A model generated the notes under the pieces. The model searched no databases and was not told the DNA's origin. It saw nothing but the letters and a program-made list of their open reading frames with translations. This document shows, piece after piece, positions 23,901 through 34,942 of a DNA stretch of 64,000 bases. This stretch comes from Fimbriosthenelais zetlandica (lineage: Eukaryota): NCBI GenBank assembly GCA_977030845.1, contig OZ365115.1, positions 14,012,001 to 14,076,000 on the forward strand, given 5' to 3'. Both the position numbers and the translations under genes were made by a program. The stretch's first letter is position 1, and every line of letters starts with the position of its first letter.

Positions 23901-26382
23901 TTCAGATTACACTCTCGTGCTATAATGATGTTTTTATTTCACAGGGCTGGAGAAGATGATGTAGGAAACACCCCTGAACTAAACCTACCCTTGAAGATCA
24001 AGAATATATCATCCAAAAGGTTTGTGAACTATTTATTCATAAAATTCGTAAATTATAACAAATTATTATAAATTTTTACATACGTGAAGTTGAGTTCAGC
24101 AGCCAGAGATTTGAGAATCTCTACCGTGTAGCCGTACCATTTACCGTCTTTCCTCATTTGAAAAATATTCAACTGAAAAATAGATACAAATTACCATTAG
24201 ATAAATAATAAATCAATTGTAAAGTAATCCTTTCTACATAAGCTTCTAAAACAGTGGAAAGGGGAAATAAGATAGAAATAAAAGATACAAAAGAAATATT
24301 CTTAGAATTCGGTAATTGGTAATATATATTGAGTACCAATATATATAATAGTACAAAATATAAGTTATGGAATCGTTTCAAAATAAGAACAAATATCCTA
24401 AAATTGATTAAATTAAGAAATACTTTACCATGGCAGTGACGACCCTGAATTTACGACCATTAAATCCAGTAAATCGTTCATTAATTAATGGTCGTTTTCC
24501 TACATAATCACATCGCATGCTCAGAGAGCCCACTATCTGCTCTGATCTTGATTTCACTAATACTGGAAGGCACCGCTCGCTAGTTAACTGAAATGATTCA
24601 ATTTGTATTAATTAAGAATTAATTATTAATTAAGAATATTTTCTATTCTATTAAGACATTTCTATTAATGTGAAAATCACTGCCACAGTAGCACTATTTT
24701 TCAAGATCTGGAAATATTTTTTGACGATACTCCTTGACTGGAGTATGATTGGATGGTAAATGACTATGTGTGATCTTTATGTATCAATGTCCATTGACCT
24801 GTCATCATGACAACACCGTGGATATTGGGTCTTTTGTTTATAGTGTTTATCTAAATTAGTCATATTCAGATTTGCATGCCACTAGAGAGGCACATGTAAA
24901 GAGAATTTCCTATTCAAATATTGACTCAATATGGCAGGGGAGTTAGCTCAGTAGGTTAGAGCACCAGCCCATTCAGGGAGTTAGCTCAGTAGGTCAGATC
25001 ACCAGCTCATTCAGGGAGTTAGTTCAGTAGGTGAGAGCACCAGCTCATTCAGGGAGTTAGTTCAGTAGGTGAGAGCACCAGCTCATTCAGGGAGTTAGCT
25101 CAGTAGGTGAGAGCACCAGCTCATTCACAGAGTAAGTACCTCATCAAGTCCTCGAGGTGATTATGCCGGTAATAACCTCTCGGCTTCGCCTCGACGATAT
25201 TACCAGCATAATCAGGTCTCTGGCTAGTGGTCTATGTATTAAATAATGACCTACCTGGGAGGGAGCATTGAGTGTGTGTATTCTGTAGACGACTTTAATG
25301 AAGGCTAGTCGACCCATCCTCCTCTCTACATGCCGCCTCTGGTGGAGAGAGCCCACAACTAACAGGTTAACCATGGGGTGAGCTAGCCCATCCCGGACTG
25401 TCTCCTTCACCTCTCCTCCATCCCCTCCTCCTGTATCTCCTCCATCCCCTCCTCCCTCCTCTCCCTCCCCTCCTCCTTCCCCTCCTTCCGCATCTCTCTC
25501 AGCCTGAAATGTTCAAATGTGTATTTTCGGTTGAAATTTATCATATGATACTAATTGTAGAACTGTTTTAAACTTTAGAAAAATCAAAAATTTATATCTA
25601 ATTATAGGAATAACCTAGAAAATTCAACTTACTCCCATGCCAGATTACACAGATATTACTAATTAATTGCAAATCTGGTTAATATGCATATCGCCAGAAT
25701 GACATTTAGATTTGGTCTTGTATTGTGCGTTTCTGTACCTATTAGCAGTAGGTACCAGTACAGGAATGGATTTTTATTATGGTAATGAAAGACAAACTAA
25801 CGGAGTCTCGGTGTCCACAGTCAGTGAATATGGTGACGACTTTGTCCTTTGTGTTTGTCACGTCTTTCATCTGTAGGTGTTTATCATGGAGTGTCCAGCA
25901 GCTGTACTGGACACTGGGGACAGCCAGACCTGCACGAGGCATATTTAGATACATTAAATCAATTACAGGCTGAATTTAAATAATTTTCTCAAGCATTCCA
26001 ACCTGTATCATTACATTTTAATATATTTTTTTGCTCAATTATTTCTTAAAATATTTGCAAAATAAGACAATATATGAGCAATGATACTGAAAATTAGCTT
26101 CAATCTTCTGAATTCGGAAGCATCATGAAACAAGAATAAAAATGATAAAATTACCAAATAAATATTTTTAAAAAACAACCAAATAATGTATGTGAAGTAT
26201 AGGTGTAAAGTGAACCCACCTTGGTAGGAGTCATCTGAGAAGATGATGATATGGGTGAGGTTGTGAATGGTTACCAGGGAAACCAGCGTGTTAACAGCTG
26301 TAGGGTACATGACTGACTGATGGTGAGAGAGAGTGAGAGATATTAATGTCGATCTAACATACCTCACCCATAAACCATACAT
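20993..26382 (-). CDS. Divergent ionotropic receptor (variant iGluR), IR-A, ~641 aa. Exons 26382-26220 (start uncertain), 25929-25802, 25503-25255, 24587-24429, 24172-24084, 23864-23777, 23400-23109, 22792-22572, 21889-21615, 21254-20993
   Basis: All junctions are GT-AG with continuous phase (1,0,0,0,2,0,1,0,2). iGluR-family motifs: NGTWKGMIGTLL, TRQRAEAIDFT, FEPFTTNVW (pre-M1), FYSANLIAILT (M3), PPFTTLEGL, LPKGSPY, hydrophobic M4. Short N-terminal domain. Confidence 0.9.
21432..21595. mobile_element. MITE family A copy 2 (IR-A last intron, left end truncated)
   Basis: Same TGCGACAAAGGTGATG / CATCACCTTTGTCGCA palindromic arms as 443-632. Confidence 0.8.
22009..22314. mobile_element. MITE with TTAA ends containing a second nested palindromic MITE
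   Basis: Outer TIR TTAAAGGGGCACTATCACGGAGGCGCAATGAAC (from 22009) and its exact reverse complement (22282-22314). Inner arms TTAAGTATGTCCTT..CTTAGGAC / GTCCTAAG..ATACTTAA span ~22055-22235. Confidence 0.75.
22323..22594 (-). repeat. 30-bp minisatellite, 9 copies, each containing the IR-A exon end and its GTAAGT donor
   Basis: Minus-strand unit ACTGCCATGTACCAAATACTGCAT|GTAAGT. Plus-strand unit starts are 22323, 22353, 22383, 22413, 22443, 22473, 22503, 22533 (32 bp) and 22565. Confidence 0.95.
24938..25127 (+). repeat. 38-bp tandem repeat, 5 copies, resembling a tRNA 5' half (A-box/D-arm)
   Basis: Unit GGGAGTTAGCTCAGTAGGTGAGAGCACCAGCTCATTCA at 24938, 24976, 25014, 25052 and 25090; no B-box follows. 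Confidence 0.85.
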
Positions 26383-28019
26383 TAATGATTCCTACAATGC
26401 TGGATATTCTATACAGACAGACATTCTACATGCAATACGCCTGTATACAGAACAAAGGCTCTTATAGACGAATGCTGCACCAAGTGGGTGGTGGGGGTAG
26501 GGGTGGGGGGCATCCAGAATATTGTATAGGGAGGGCAGGGGAGTCTGGGGGGTAGGCCCGATGAAAGGTGATGGGATGAAGGTCTGTCTACCCTAGGGAC
26601 CCAAGAATTAATTTGTGGAGAAGAGAGATGGGTGAATATCTAAATATCGGGGTTTGAACTAAGGGCCTTTGAAGTACTTAAGATGGAATTCTAACCAAAT
26701 AAGCCGACTCCCATGTAGCATTTATATGATCATGTATTTAGATTCTGACCATGTCAGGAGACATTAAAAGTTGTCTGAAATGTCAGTCAGATCAGCAGAT
26801 CAATCCCTGTGGTCGGATAGATGTACAATGGTTGTGTTTGTTGAATTGACTGAGACAATAAGAGGCAGCGTGGAGAGAATTCACAGATATTATACTGTAT
26901 TTTCATTCGTGAATTTTTTTTATCAAATTGAATCCACAGGCAGCCAAAAGAGTTTCGTTTGACTTTGTAGAAAACATAGTTTCAATTTACCATAAAATGT
27001 GGTTTAGGTTTACTCAGTAAAGTGCTACTAATATTAGTACCATTAATGCCTCCTTACCTACACTAGCCATGTGCCATCACTGAGGCGGATTTTTTTTTTG
27101 TCAGGCTTTGTATTCTTTATGGGCAATGTGACCAGGCTGTTTCGGGAATCGAACCCATCACCTCCCGCATTCAAGGCGAGGTTTCTCGCATTCAAGGGTT
27201 TGGCTACAACCTGATTATACTCTCATCTCACTCACGCTCTCTTTCCCGCCCCCACTCCCGCTCCCAACCCCCGTTCCCAACCCCCACTCCCGCTCCCACC
27301 CCTCGTCCTCTATTGTGAATATTACATGATTAATACCTGAATATTGCATGATTTATAGCTGAATATTGCATGATTAATCATTGTCTGTTTAGATGATAAT
27401 ATCCTGTAGAACACTCGATCATCTGAGGATTAACATGACAGGAATCTATTCCCTATTGACTCAACCTTCATAACATGCAAGAGCTGCTCATCTGCTCGCC
27501 CCCAACTCCTCTGTCCCAATATGGGATTTGGAGATTAAAGGGAAGTGAAACACATGGAACAAGTCTTTCATCAACGCTTATAGGCAGTATAAAAAGTGCT
27601 AAAGACACTAAATTTCCCTCAGCAATTTGCAGTTGGCGTTAGCAGATGTTAATTTGAAGGAAACATTGCTAGTTGGATTTTTCCTTCAGCTCTAATATTT
27701 GTGTGATTTTGCGGTGGTTAGGCTTAATTTTCAATTCGCAAAATTTGCGAATACCAGTAATTTTCTTTTAGCAAAGTAGTATTTTTATTCGCAGATTGCG
27801 ACAGTGTGATCGGGTAGAGCGAGCCCAGCCTGTGTTATAACCCTTTAAATATTGTAAAGGGGTAGTCATGCACCTGGTCAACTGTATACATTATGAATGT
27901 GAATATAATCTAGCTTTGTACTAGACATGAGAGGTGGACAATATAACATGAGAGTATCAATTTATGACCCCACATCATACAGGTGAAACAGGGTTGATGG
28001 GGTGGGGGAAGGCAACTCT

Positions 28020-28205
28020 CTATCTCCATCTCTCTCTCCTCTCTCTGTCTCTTCTCTCTGCCTCTATCTCTCCCTCTCTGTTTCTCTCTTTTTCTCTCCT
28101 CTGTTTCTCCTTTCTTTCTTTCTCTCTTCCTCTCTGTTTGTCTCTGTATCCCTCTCTCCCTCTATCTTTCTCTTTCTCTATCTGTCTCTGCCCCCCCCCC
28201 CCCTC
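28020..28205. repeat. Degenerate (CT)n microsatellite between the IR genes
   Basis: Almost pure C/T tract. Confidence 0.9.
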
Positions 28206-28522
28206 TCTAAATACACGTGGCGCCATCGGGTGTCAAGGAGGAACAACATCCAGTCCCTAATCTGGTTCTCTTTTGTCCGGGTTTACATTCAATCTTCCTC
28301 ATATAAAAACAGATATAGCCTGATATAAAAGACTATATCCCACTACATGTTTATCTGCAATGATACACTAAAATTATTATAATGTTCTTTAATTTTTAGA
28401 TATTTAAAGTGGCTCATCTCATCAGTGGGAGGTATCAAGGCTGGCCTTTGATATCCCAGTTAGCAGCACTGAAAGTCACTTATTTGGTGAGGAAAAAGAG
28501 AAGATTCTGTCGGTGTGGGTGG

Positions 28523-31500
28523 ATGGAAAACAGATTTGTCCTGGGGTCCCTGCTGATCCTGAACCTTTTAGGCGTGATATGACTATTAATGTATTATTGA
28601 TCATGACTGGCTATATTCATATTTACCGTTAATTTTAGGATCACATTATGTAAACACATTAACGTACCTGTCCCTGTGATGTGGCAGTGTTTTGACTCGA
28701 CAGCAGTCTGTATGTTTACAGTAACTTTACATAATATTCAGCTGAGAGTTACAAACGCGTGAAGAAGATTGAATGGCAGGTCAATAGCTGCAGGCAACCC
28801 GGGGAGACACTCTGAATCAAGGTGGATACCAGGGTTTTTTTGCCAACATCAAAATTCGACCCTTTTCATGGATTTTACCCTAAAAAAGAGTTCCCTTTTT
28901 CTTTTTCAAAACAAGGAGATTTTACCCTTTTTCCGTCTTCATCATACAAGGCCTATACATATCAAATTTCTCAGAAATTGACTGTTCTCTTTATTGAAAA
29001 CATGCCCTTTTTGTATTTTCCCCTTTCTTTAAATTTCGACGTCCTGGATGTTAGCAGTGAAAGCACCTACTTTAACTCAGTGCCCCCCGGGCCTGCAAGT
29101 TGTATGTTTGCATTAACTGATTTTGAGAATATTCAGCTGAGTTACAACTGAGTTATAAACGCGTGTAGAAGATAAAATGACAGGTCAATACACCATCAAC
29201 ATCATCATTAGGTCCTCACTCAAACACTCCATGTGATATCATGGCGTCCCTGGCTGCGTCTGTCTTTACCATCGCTCTCGCCAATAATCTCTCTCAAATC
29301 TTTATATTCACTGATAGTAAACGCATGCTGGAAGGTAAGAGGTTATTTTGGTGTGTTTATTCACCTACGGTGGTGTTTTCGGTGATTATTGCTACACAAA
29401 CTGTTCATTTATTGGGACCATAATGACCTCCACGACTCACTATGTAAGAAGACCATGCAGGACATAGTGTGCCGATAGCTTGTTTCCAATTTGCTCAATT
29501 GTATTAGCAGATAGTTATCGAGATGGTTGAAAAATTACCTGGTATATAATTGGGTACATATCAGAGATCATTGCCTGGTGATTCTTGCAGTGATTCTCCC
29601 ATTTGGAGATTTTCTACAATATCAGGAAACTTTGCAAGAATTGTAAATCATGAATATCTAGTGGATATCGCATATGACCTGAAATACTAATTGGGCACCT
29701 ACCAGGGATCATTGCCTGGTGATTCTTGCAGTGTTTTTTGCACATGGATATTGTCTATGAGACTCTCAACTTCAAGTGCCTCAATTCATGCTCGAAAATA
29801 ATATTCTGCTCACATAAGTTACAAACAAAATAGGAGAGATGGATAGAGACAGATATAGAAATATTATCTAAATTATAATTATTTCATTTCAGACTTGGAG
29901 TACCAAGATGGATTCCACCACCATATGATCAAGATCACCGAAATGACGTGTGATTTTATCTTTAATAAAAATGACCATAGACGGAAACTGATGGAAACTA
30001 CTCCAGTGGTGACTGTCATCTTACACTGCCCTAACATGAGCCAAATGGTGCCCGAGGTAGATTGTATTGGATTATAGAATTGGATTATGAAATATTTGAA
30101 AAGTTAGATGGAAATTGAAAACTCTAAACTATTTGAAATCGTATAGCTGAAGTAATTTTCCCTAAAATACTATCCAGGTATGGTAAAACAGACCTAAGTT
30201 ATGTTATATATATGTTACAGACAGACCTGAGGTAAGTAAGTACATATAAGTAAATAATATTAACATAGTCTTGTTTTCTGTTTCAGATATCTCCGTCTGA
30301 CCATGTAGACTACCTTCTCCGCCCCATGTTAAACCTGGTGTACCTGGATCCTGATGGAGACGTACATAATTTCTCTTTACACGTGAGCCGACGCTTCATC
30401 ATCAAAAGTGTCTATCTCATTATACCTACAGGAAATAACTCCCTTAACAAAGTGAGACAACTTTCTAATAATTTAATAATTAATTTATGTCCGGTACTTA
30501 ATACCGCTCAATGCGCTTTACATTGCAACTACAATAGCATATTTATGAACAATCAAAGTCAGAAAAACTAGACATTCAAATTACTTTCATTTCTTAACTT
30601 TACTTTCATATCTCACTCACCTTCTACATAGGTTATCTGAATGACATTATTTTCATATAATTGACTGTTTTTCAGTGTTTGTCGACGTCTGTAGTTACCA
30701 GTGATCTCCACCAGGTGGCAGTAGTAGATTCCTCCTGTGGTTACCATGGTTCCCGCCAGCTAGTCTCAGACCAGTTCACCGGCTTTGGTGGTCACACCTT
30801 CCTCGTGGCCAGTATCCCGGTAAGAGCCCCAAACTACATGTATAGACAACCTTGGATGGGGTAGAGGTGCAACACTAGCCTTGAATACAAATCCCTATAC
30901 CCATAAAACAATGGCTTAATATGCTTGGTCCCCACCCATGGGTGGTCACAATATGTGGGTAGAACCTTGATTGTCTTTTCCAGAACCTATCTTTTCCAGA
31001 ACGAAAATCTGTTAAAATGTGTAACACCAACCCTGACAATAGTGCTCCCCACTGTGCGAGCGGCATTTGCTTTTAGCAATACATTCTCCTTAATAGCATA
31101 ATTAGATATCTCGTTTATTTTTCTAGTACCCGCTGTTCATCCAACCATACTCTACCACAGAGGGGTTGAGGTGGACGGGCTTCGTGGCTTTCCTACTGGA
31201 GGAATTAGCTGCTCAACTCGACTTCACGTGAGTAAAACACTTATGGACAGATGGTTCCGATCTTTTTATAATCTATTATTTAATTTCAAATTTCATTTCA
31301 AATTTAGCGTCGGTGCGTTTACAGAAAAGTATAACATTAGCTATTCAGCCGACAAGTTAACAGAAACAAAGAGAATAACTGATAACAAAACATGTAAGAA
31401 ATTTCGCGTAAGACCACATAATTAAGGTCTTCCGAGTGCTTAAGAACCCCTTGATTGTCAATGTCACTATTGAGAAAACCTATCATTTATGATATTCGTG

Positions 31501-34169
31501 GCTTTCACAGTTGTTTGGAGCTTCGGAAGTATAGAAAAGGCATTTAGCCCCGCATAAGGGCTTGTAAAGGAGAATCTGGGGCCGTTTTCAAAAAGGAATA
31601 TTAGCAATCCTAAGTCCATAGCTAATATTCCTTTTGAAACATGTTCCTGACCATCAGTTTTTACGTTGATCACACACTTTGGGCTCTCGGAAGTTTTTTT
31701 CCGTAAAAGAGAGTTCAGTGTACACGTGTTGGCATGCTAAAGTTTGTCCTCACTTTTCACTTTCTAGCCACTAGAGTTTTGTCTGTTTCACTTGTTTCTG
31801 TTATTCCGCCTGTAGGTACAAAATAGTGCAGCCTGAGGACGATCAGTATGGTATGAAGCTACCTAATGGATCCTGGACAGGCTTAGTGGGCATGATACGT
31901 ACCAAGGTACGTAATTATACACCTGGCCACTGCTGCGATTTTTCTTGCGACACTGCTGCGATAAAGCTGATGCTTGTGTCTCAATAAAAATCTATAAAAT
32001 GTGGTCGAAATGTCCTAGGCCTTATAAGGCCGTTTTTCACTGGTACGTAAGCATCCCCTTTGTCGCAATTGTATCCCAAGCAAAATCGCAGCGATTTCAA
32101 GCAATAGTCAACGGTATCCACCAAACCAGTGTACCGGTACTTAATGGAATTATAGTATTGGACTGATGCTTTACTTTAGTCTCTTTATTGGTCACAGGGT
32201 GGTGGTGCGATTTATCTCTCATTTATCCCGTTAATTCTTGTTTTATTTTGTCTTTTATGATTTGTGGTAGAGAGCTGATCTGATTGGAGGTACGTTTAGT
32301 ATACAGTACACACGGGCTGAGGTGGTGGACTACACCTACCCCTACATGGACACCCACCTAGTGATAGTCCTACAATCACCAGAAGTGAACGTCTTATCCT
32401 ACATCTTCACACCTCTCACCGCTCTCACCTGGCTCATCTTTATTACCTGTGTTATTATTGGTGTTGTCTATATCTTAGTGGTGAAGAGATTAACTGATGA
32501 AACACCTGATAGGTGGCATCACTTGCCTGGCATTCTGGTCATTGAAACCTGCAGATTACTTGCTTGTCAAGGTAAATTTACTTTTTTTTCAAATTTCAAA
32601 TTTTGTCCTTAACCCCATGCAAGTTCTGCCAACTGGGTTGTCGAAGGCCAGCCATGTCTTCCACTGTCTACAACATCTATGCTGTCTACAGTAAGAGACC
32701 TGTGAATGTATTGCTCATTTTATGAACAAACAGAGTTTTTCAACATTAAATTGACTATCTCTGTAACGCAGCTGTGTGTGAAGGACAATTGAGAAACCTT
32801 GGGGAATTATACTGGCAACCTGAGACATTCTAATCTCCCTTCTCTCCCTGACTCCCGCTGCTTCTCCCAGTTAAATGTGACATGTTCCCCTGAATCTAAA
32901 CTCTATCAGACTTTGTATTTTTTCCCCAGCTTCTGTGTCTGTTAAGGAGAGTCGAGGTGTGAAGATAGTGGCCGTGTCCCTCATCTTGATGGTCCTGGTT
33001 GTACTCAAGCTCTACAGTGGTCAGCTGACCGTCTCTCTCATGGTTCACAAGGTCAAGATGCCCTTCACCACGCTCCAGGGTCTCGTGGATGACCAACAAT
33101 ACAAGCTCTATTCCGAGGAGGGCAGCGTGGGTCACATAGTCCTGAAGGTCAGCTTTTTAATGGGAAATGAAACATATTGAGTGTATATTGTGGTATGCAG
33201 TATCCTAAGATAAATATCAAGAAAACCACAGCTAAACTATAATTTGACGGCCGCCTTGGCCCCGGAAGTGACGTGGTCTGTGCTGCTAGTCAGCTCTGAC
33301 CAATCAGAAGTCACCAATTTAAAATGCACATGTGTGCTCTAGAAGAGTAAATGAGTAAAGGCAATTGAGTACTCTAGCAATTAGAGAGGAAAATGAGTAC
33401 AGTGGAGTGAGGTAGATGAGCAATTAGAAAGGTAAATGAATTGTTGTAAATGAGAGTTTCATGATTATGAATTTGTTGTTAACAGGAAGCTAAGAAAGGG
33501 ATATTGAAGGCGTTGTATCAGAGGTTGGACGGTTTACGGCCCTTCAGTGTGCGCTACACGGCTACCACTCCCACAGCTTCAGTCGCTGATGAAACATACG
33601 CTAAATATCAAATGATGACCAATGATTTGATGGAGAATGTCATTATGCTACCCGAGAAATTCTACCCGTCTTATTTTGCTATTGCTCTACCAAAGGGAGG
33701 TCCCTTCCTACCGTACTTCAACGATGTGTGAGTACAGATTAATGCTTCTATATATATGTAAATAGCAGGGTCGTAGATTTCTGCAAAGTGCTGGAAAATT
33801 GAAAAACCGTTTTCCGATATACTGGAATTTCCTGGGCAGATTCTGAAATGTTATTTAGGGGGCTAATATTCTTGCAATTGGATAAAGACTTGGAATTTAA
33901 ACTACGTAATTCCATTTCAACTTTGCAGAATGATCAGGCTGCATCAGAATGGTATGCTTCAAAAATGGAAGAACGGTTTAAAACGGAAAGCTTCCTCGAG
34001 GGTTAAAGTGAAGAAAGAACTAAAAGTGATTAATAATGTTCTGCTATCAGGAGCCTACGTGGGACTGGGCGTGGGGCTGGGTACTGCTGTCTTTGTCTTC
34101 ATTCAAGAAGTCATCAGTAAGATGTGTTTCCCACATCTTATAGGCCCACATCTTATAGGTCTACCTTAA
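28523..34169 (+). CDS. Divergent ionotropic receptor (variant iGluR), IR-B, ~620 aa. Possible signal-peptide exon from 28523 (uncertain), then ~29184-29334, 29893-30056, 30287-30451, 30676-30819, 31127-31227, 31816-31906, 32271-32571, 32930-33147, 33486-33727, 33929-34169
   Basis: GT-AG exons in the same phase series as IR-A. Motifs: NGSWTGLVGMI, YTRAEVVDYTYPY, FTPLTALTW, LLACQG (pore), LYSGQLTVSL (M3), PFTTLQGL, FAIALPKGGPF, M4. N-terminal exons align exon by exon with IR-A. Confidence 0.9.
28790..29096. mobile_element. MITE-like insertion at the 5' end of IR-B
   Basis: Imperfect TIRs GCAGGC..CCCGGGG..CACT / AGTGCCCCCCGGGCCTGC. Confidence 0.55.
31927..32095. mobile_element. MITE family A copy 3 (IR-B intron)
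   Basis: CCACTGCTGCGATTTTTCTTGCGACAC ... GCAAAATCGCAGC arms. Confidence 0.75.
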
Positions 34170-34410
34170 CTCCAATGGTCTTGGAAAAGTCTGCCTTAGT
34201 TATAAGGATCTTGAAAAAGTCTATGTTACTTCCAATGGTCTTGGAAAAGTCTACCTTAGTTCTAAGGGTCTTGGAAAAGTCTACCTTAGTTCTAAGGGTC
34301 TTGGAAAAGTCTATGTTACTTCCAAAGGTCTTGGAAAGTCTACCTTAGTGCCAAAGGTCCTGGATAAGTCTACCTTATTATAGTTCCAATGGTCTTGGGA
34401 AAGTCTATAT
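34159..34410 (+). repeat. 30-bp minisatellite, ~9 copies, starting inside the last codons of IR-B
   Basis: Unit GTCTACCTTAGTTCCAATGGTCTTGGAAAA; the variant GTCTATGTTACT recurs 90 bp apart (34219, 34309). The IR-B TAA (34167-34169) lies in copy 1. Confidence 0.9.
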
Positions 34411-34942
34411 GTAGATTCCAACTTGGGAAAGTTGGACAAATTTAACTGAACGTTTGAGTATAAACACGGTACCACCCTGACTTCTAAACACGTTGGACAA
34501 ACATTGTACCCATTAGAGATAAAGCTTTAATATTTGTCTAATGATTTATATAGAATGTAAAGATGGTTTACATTGTTAGAAATGCATGTATACATGTATG
34601 AAATACCAACAATACATTAAATTCGGGTTATCAAATCAAACATGGCACAATTTCTATATGAGATGTCTATAGTATTGATTAAAACATAGGTTCAAATCAT
34701 CATGCGCGCAAACATTAAAAAATATCCACATTACATTTTGCCTGAAAACCATGTGAATTATCTTAGCCAATGAGAGGGCTGATTCAAACTTTTAGAATTG
34801 AACTTAAAGACAACCTGTTAATAAGGTGCCCTATTATGTTAATAATAATTAGTGGCGCTGGGGATGCTGAAGGTATATCCATCCCATATGGTAAAGGGGC
34901 TAATGTGCCGTCTTTTAATACACTTTATGAAACAAGTAGTCA

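Noticed and set aside
27964-28328. Leu/Ser/Phe-rich and Arg/Glu-rich ORFs
   Set aside because: Translations of a CT microsatellite; likewise 48797-49113.
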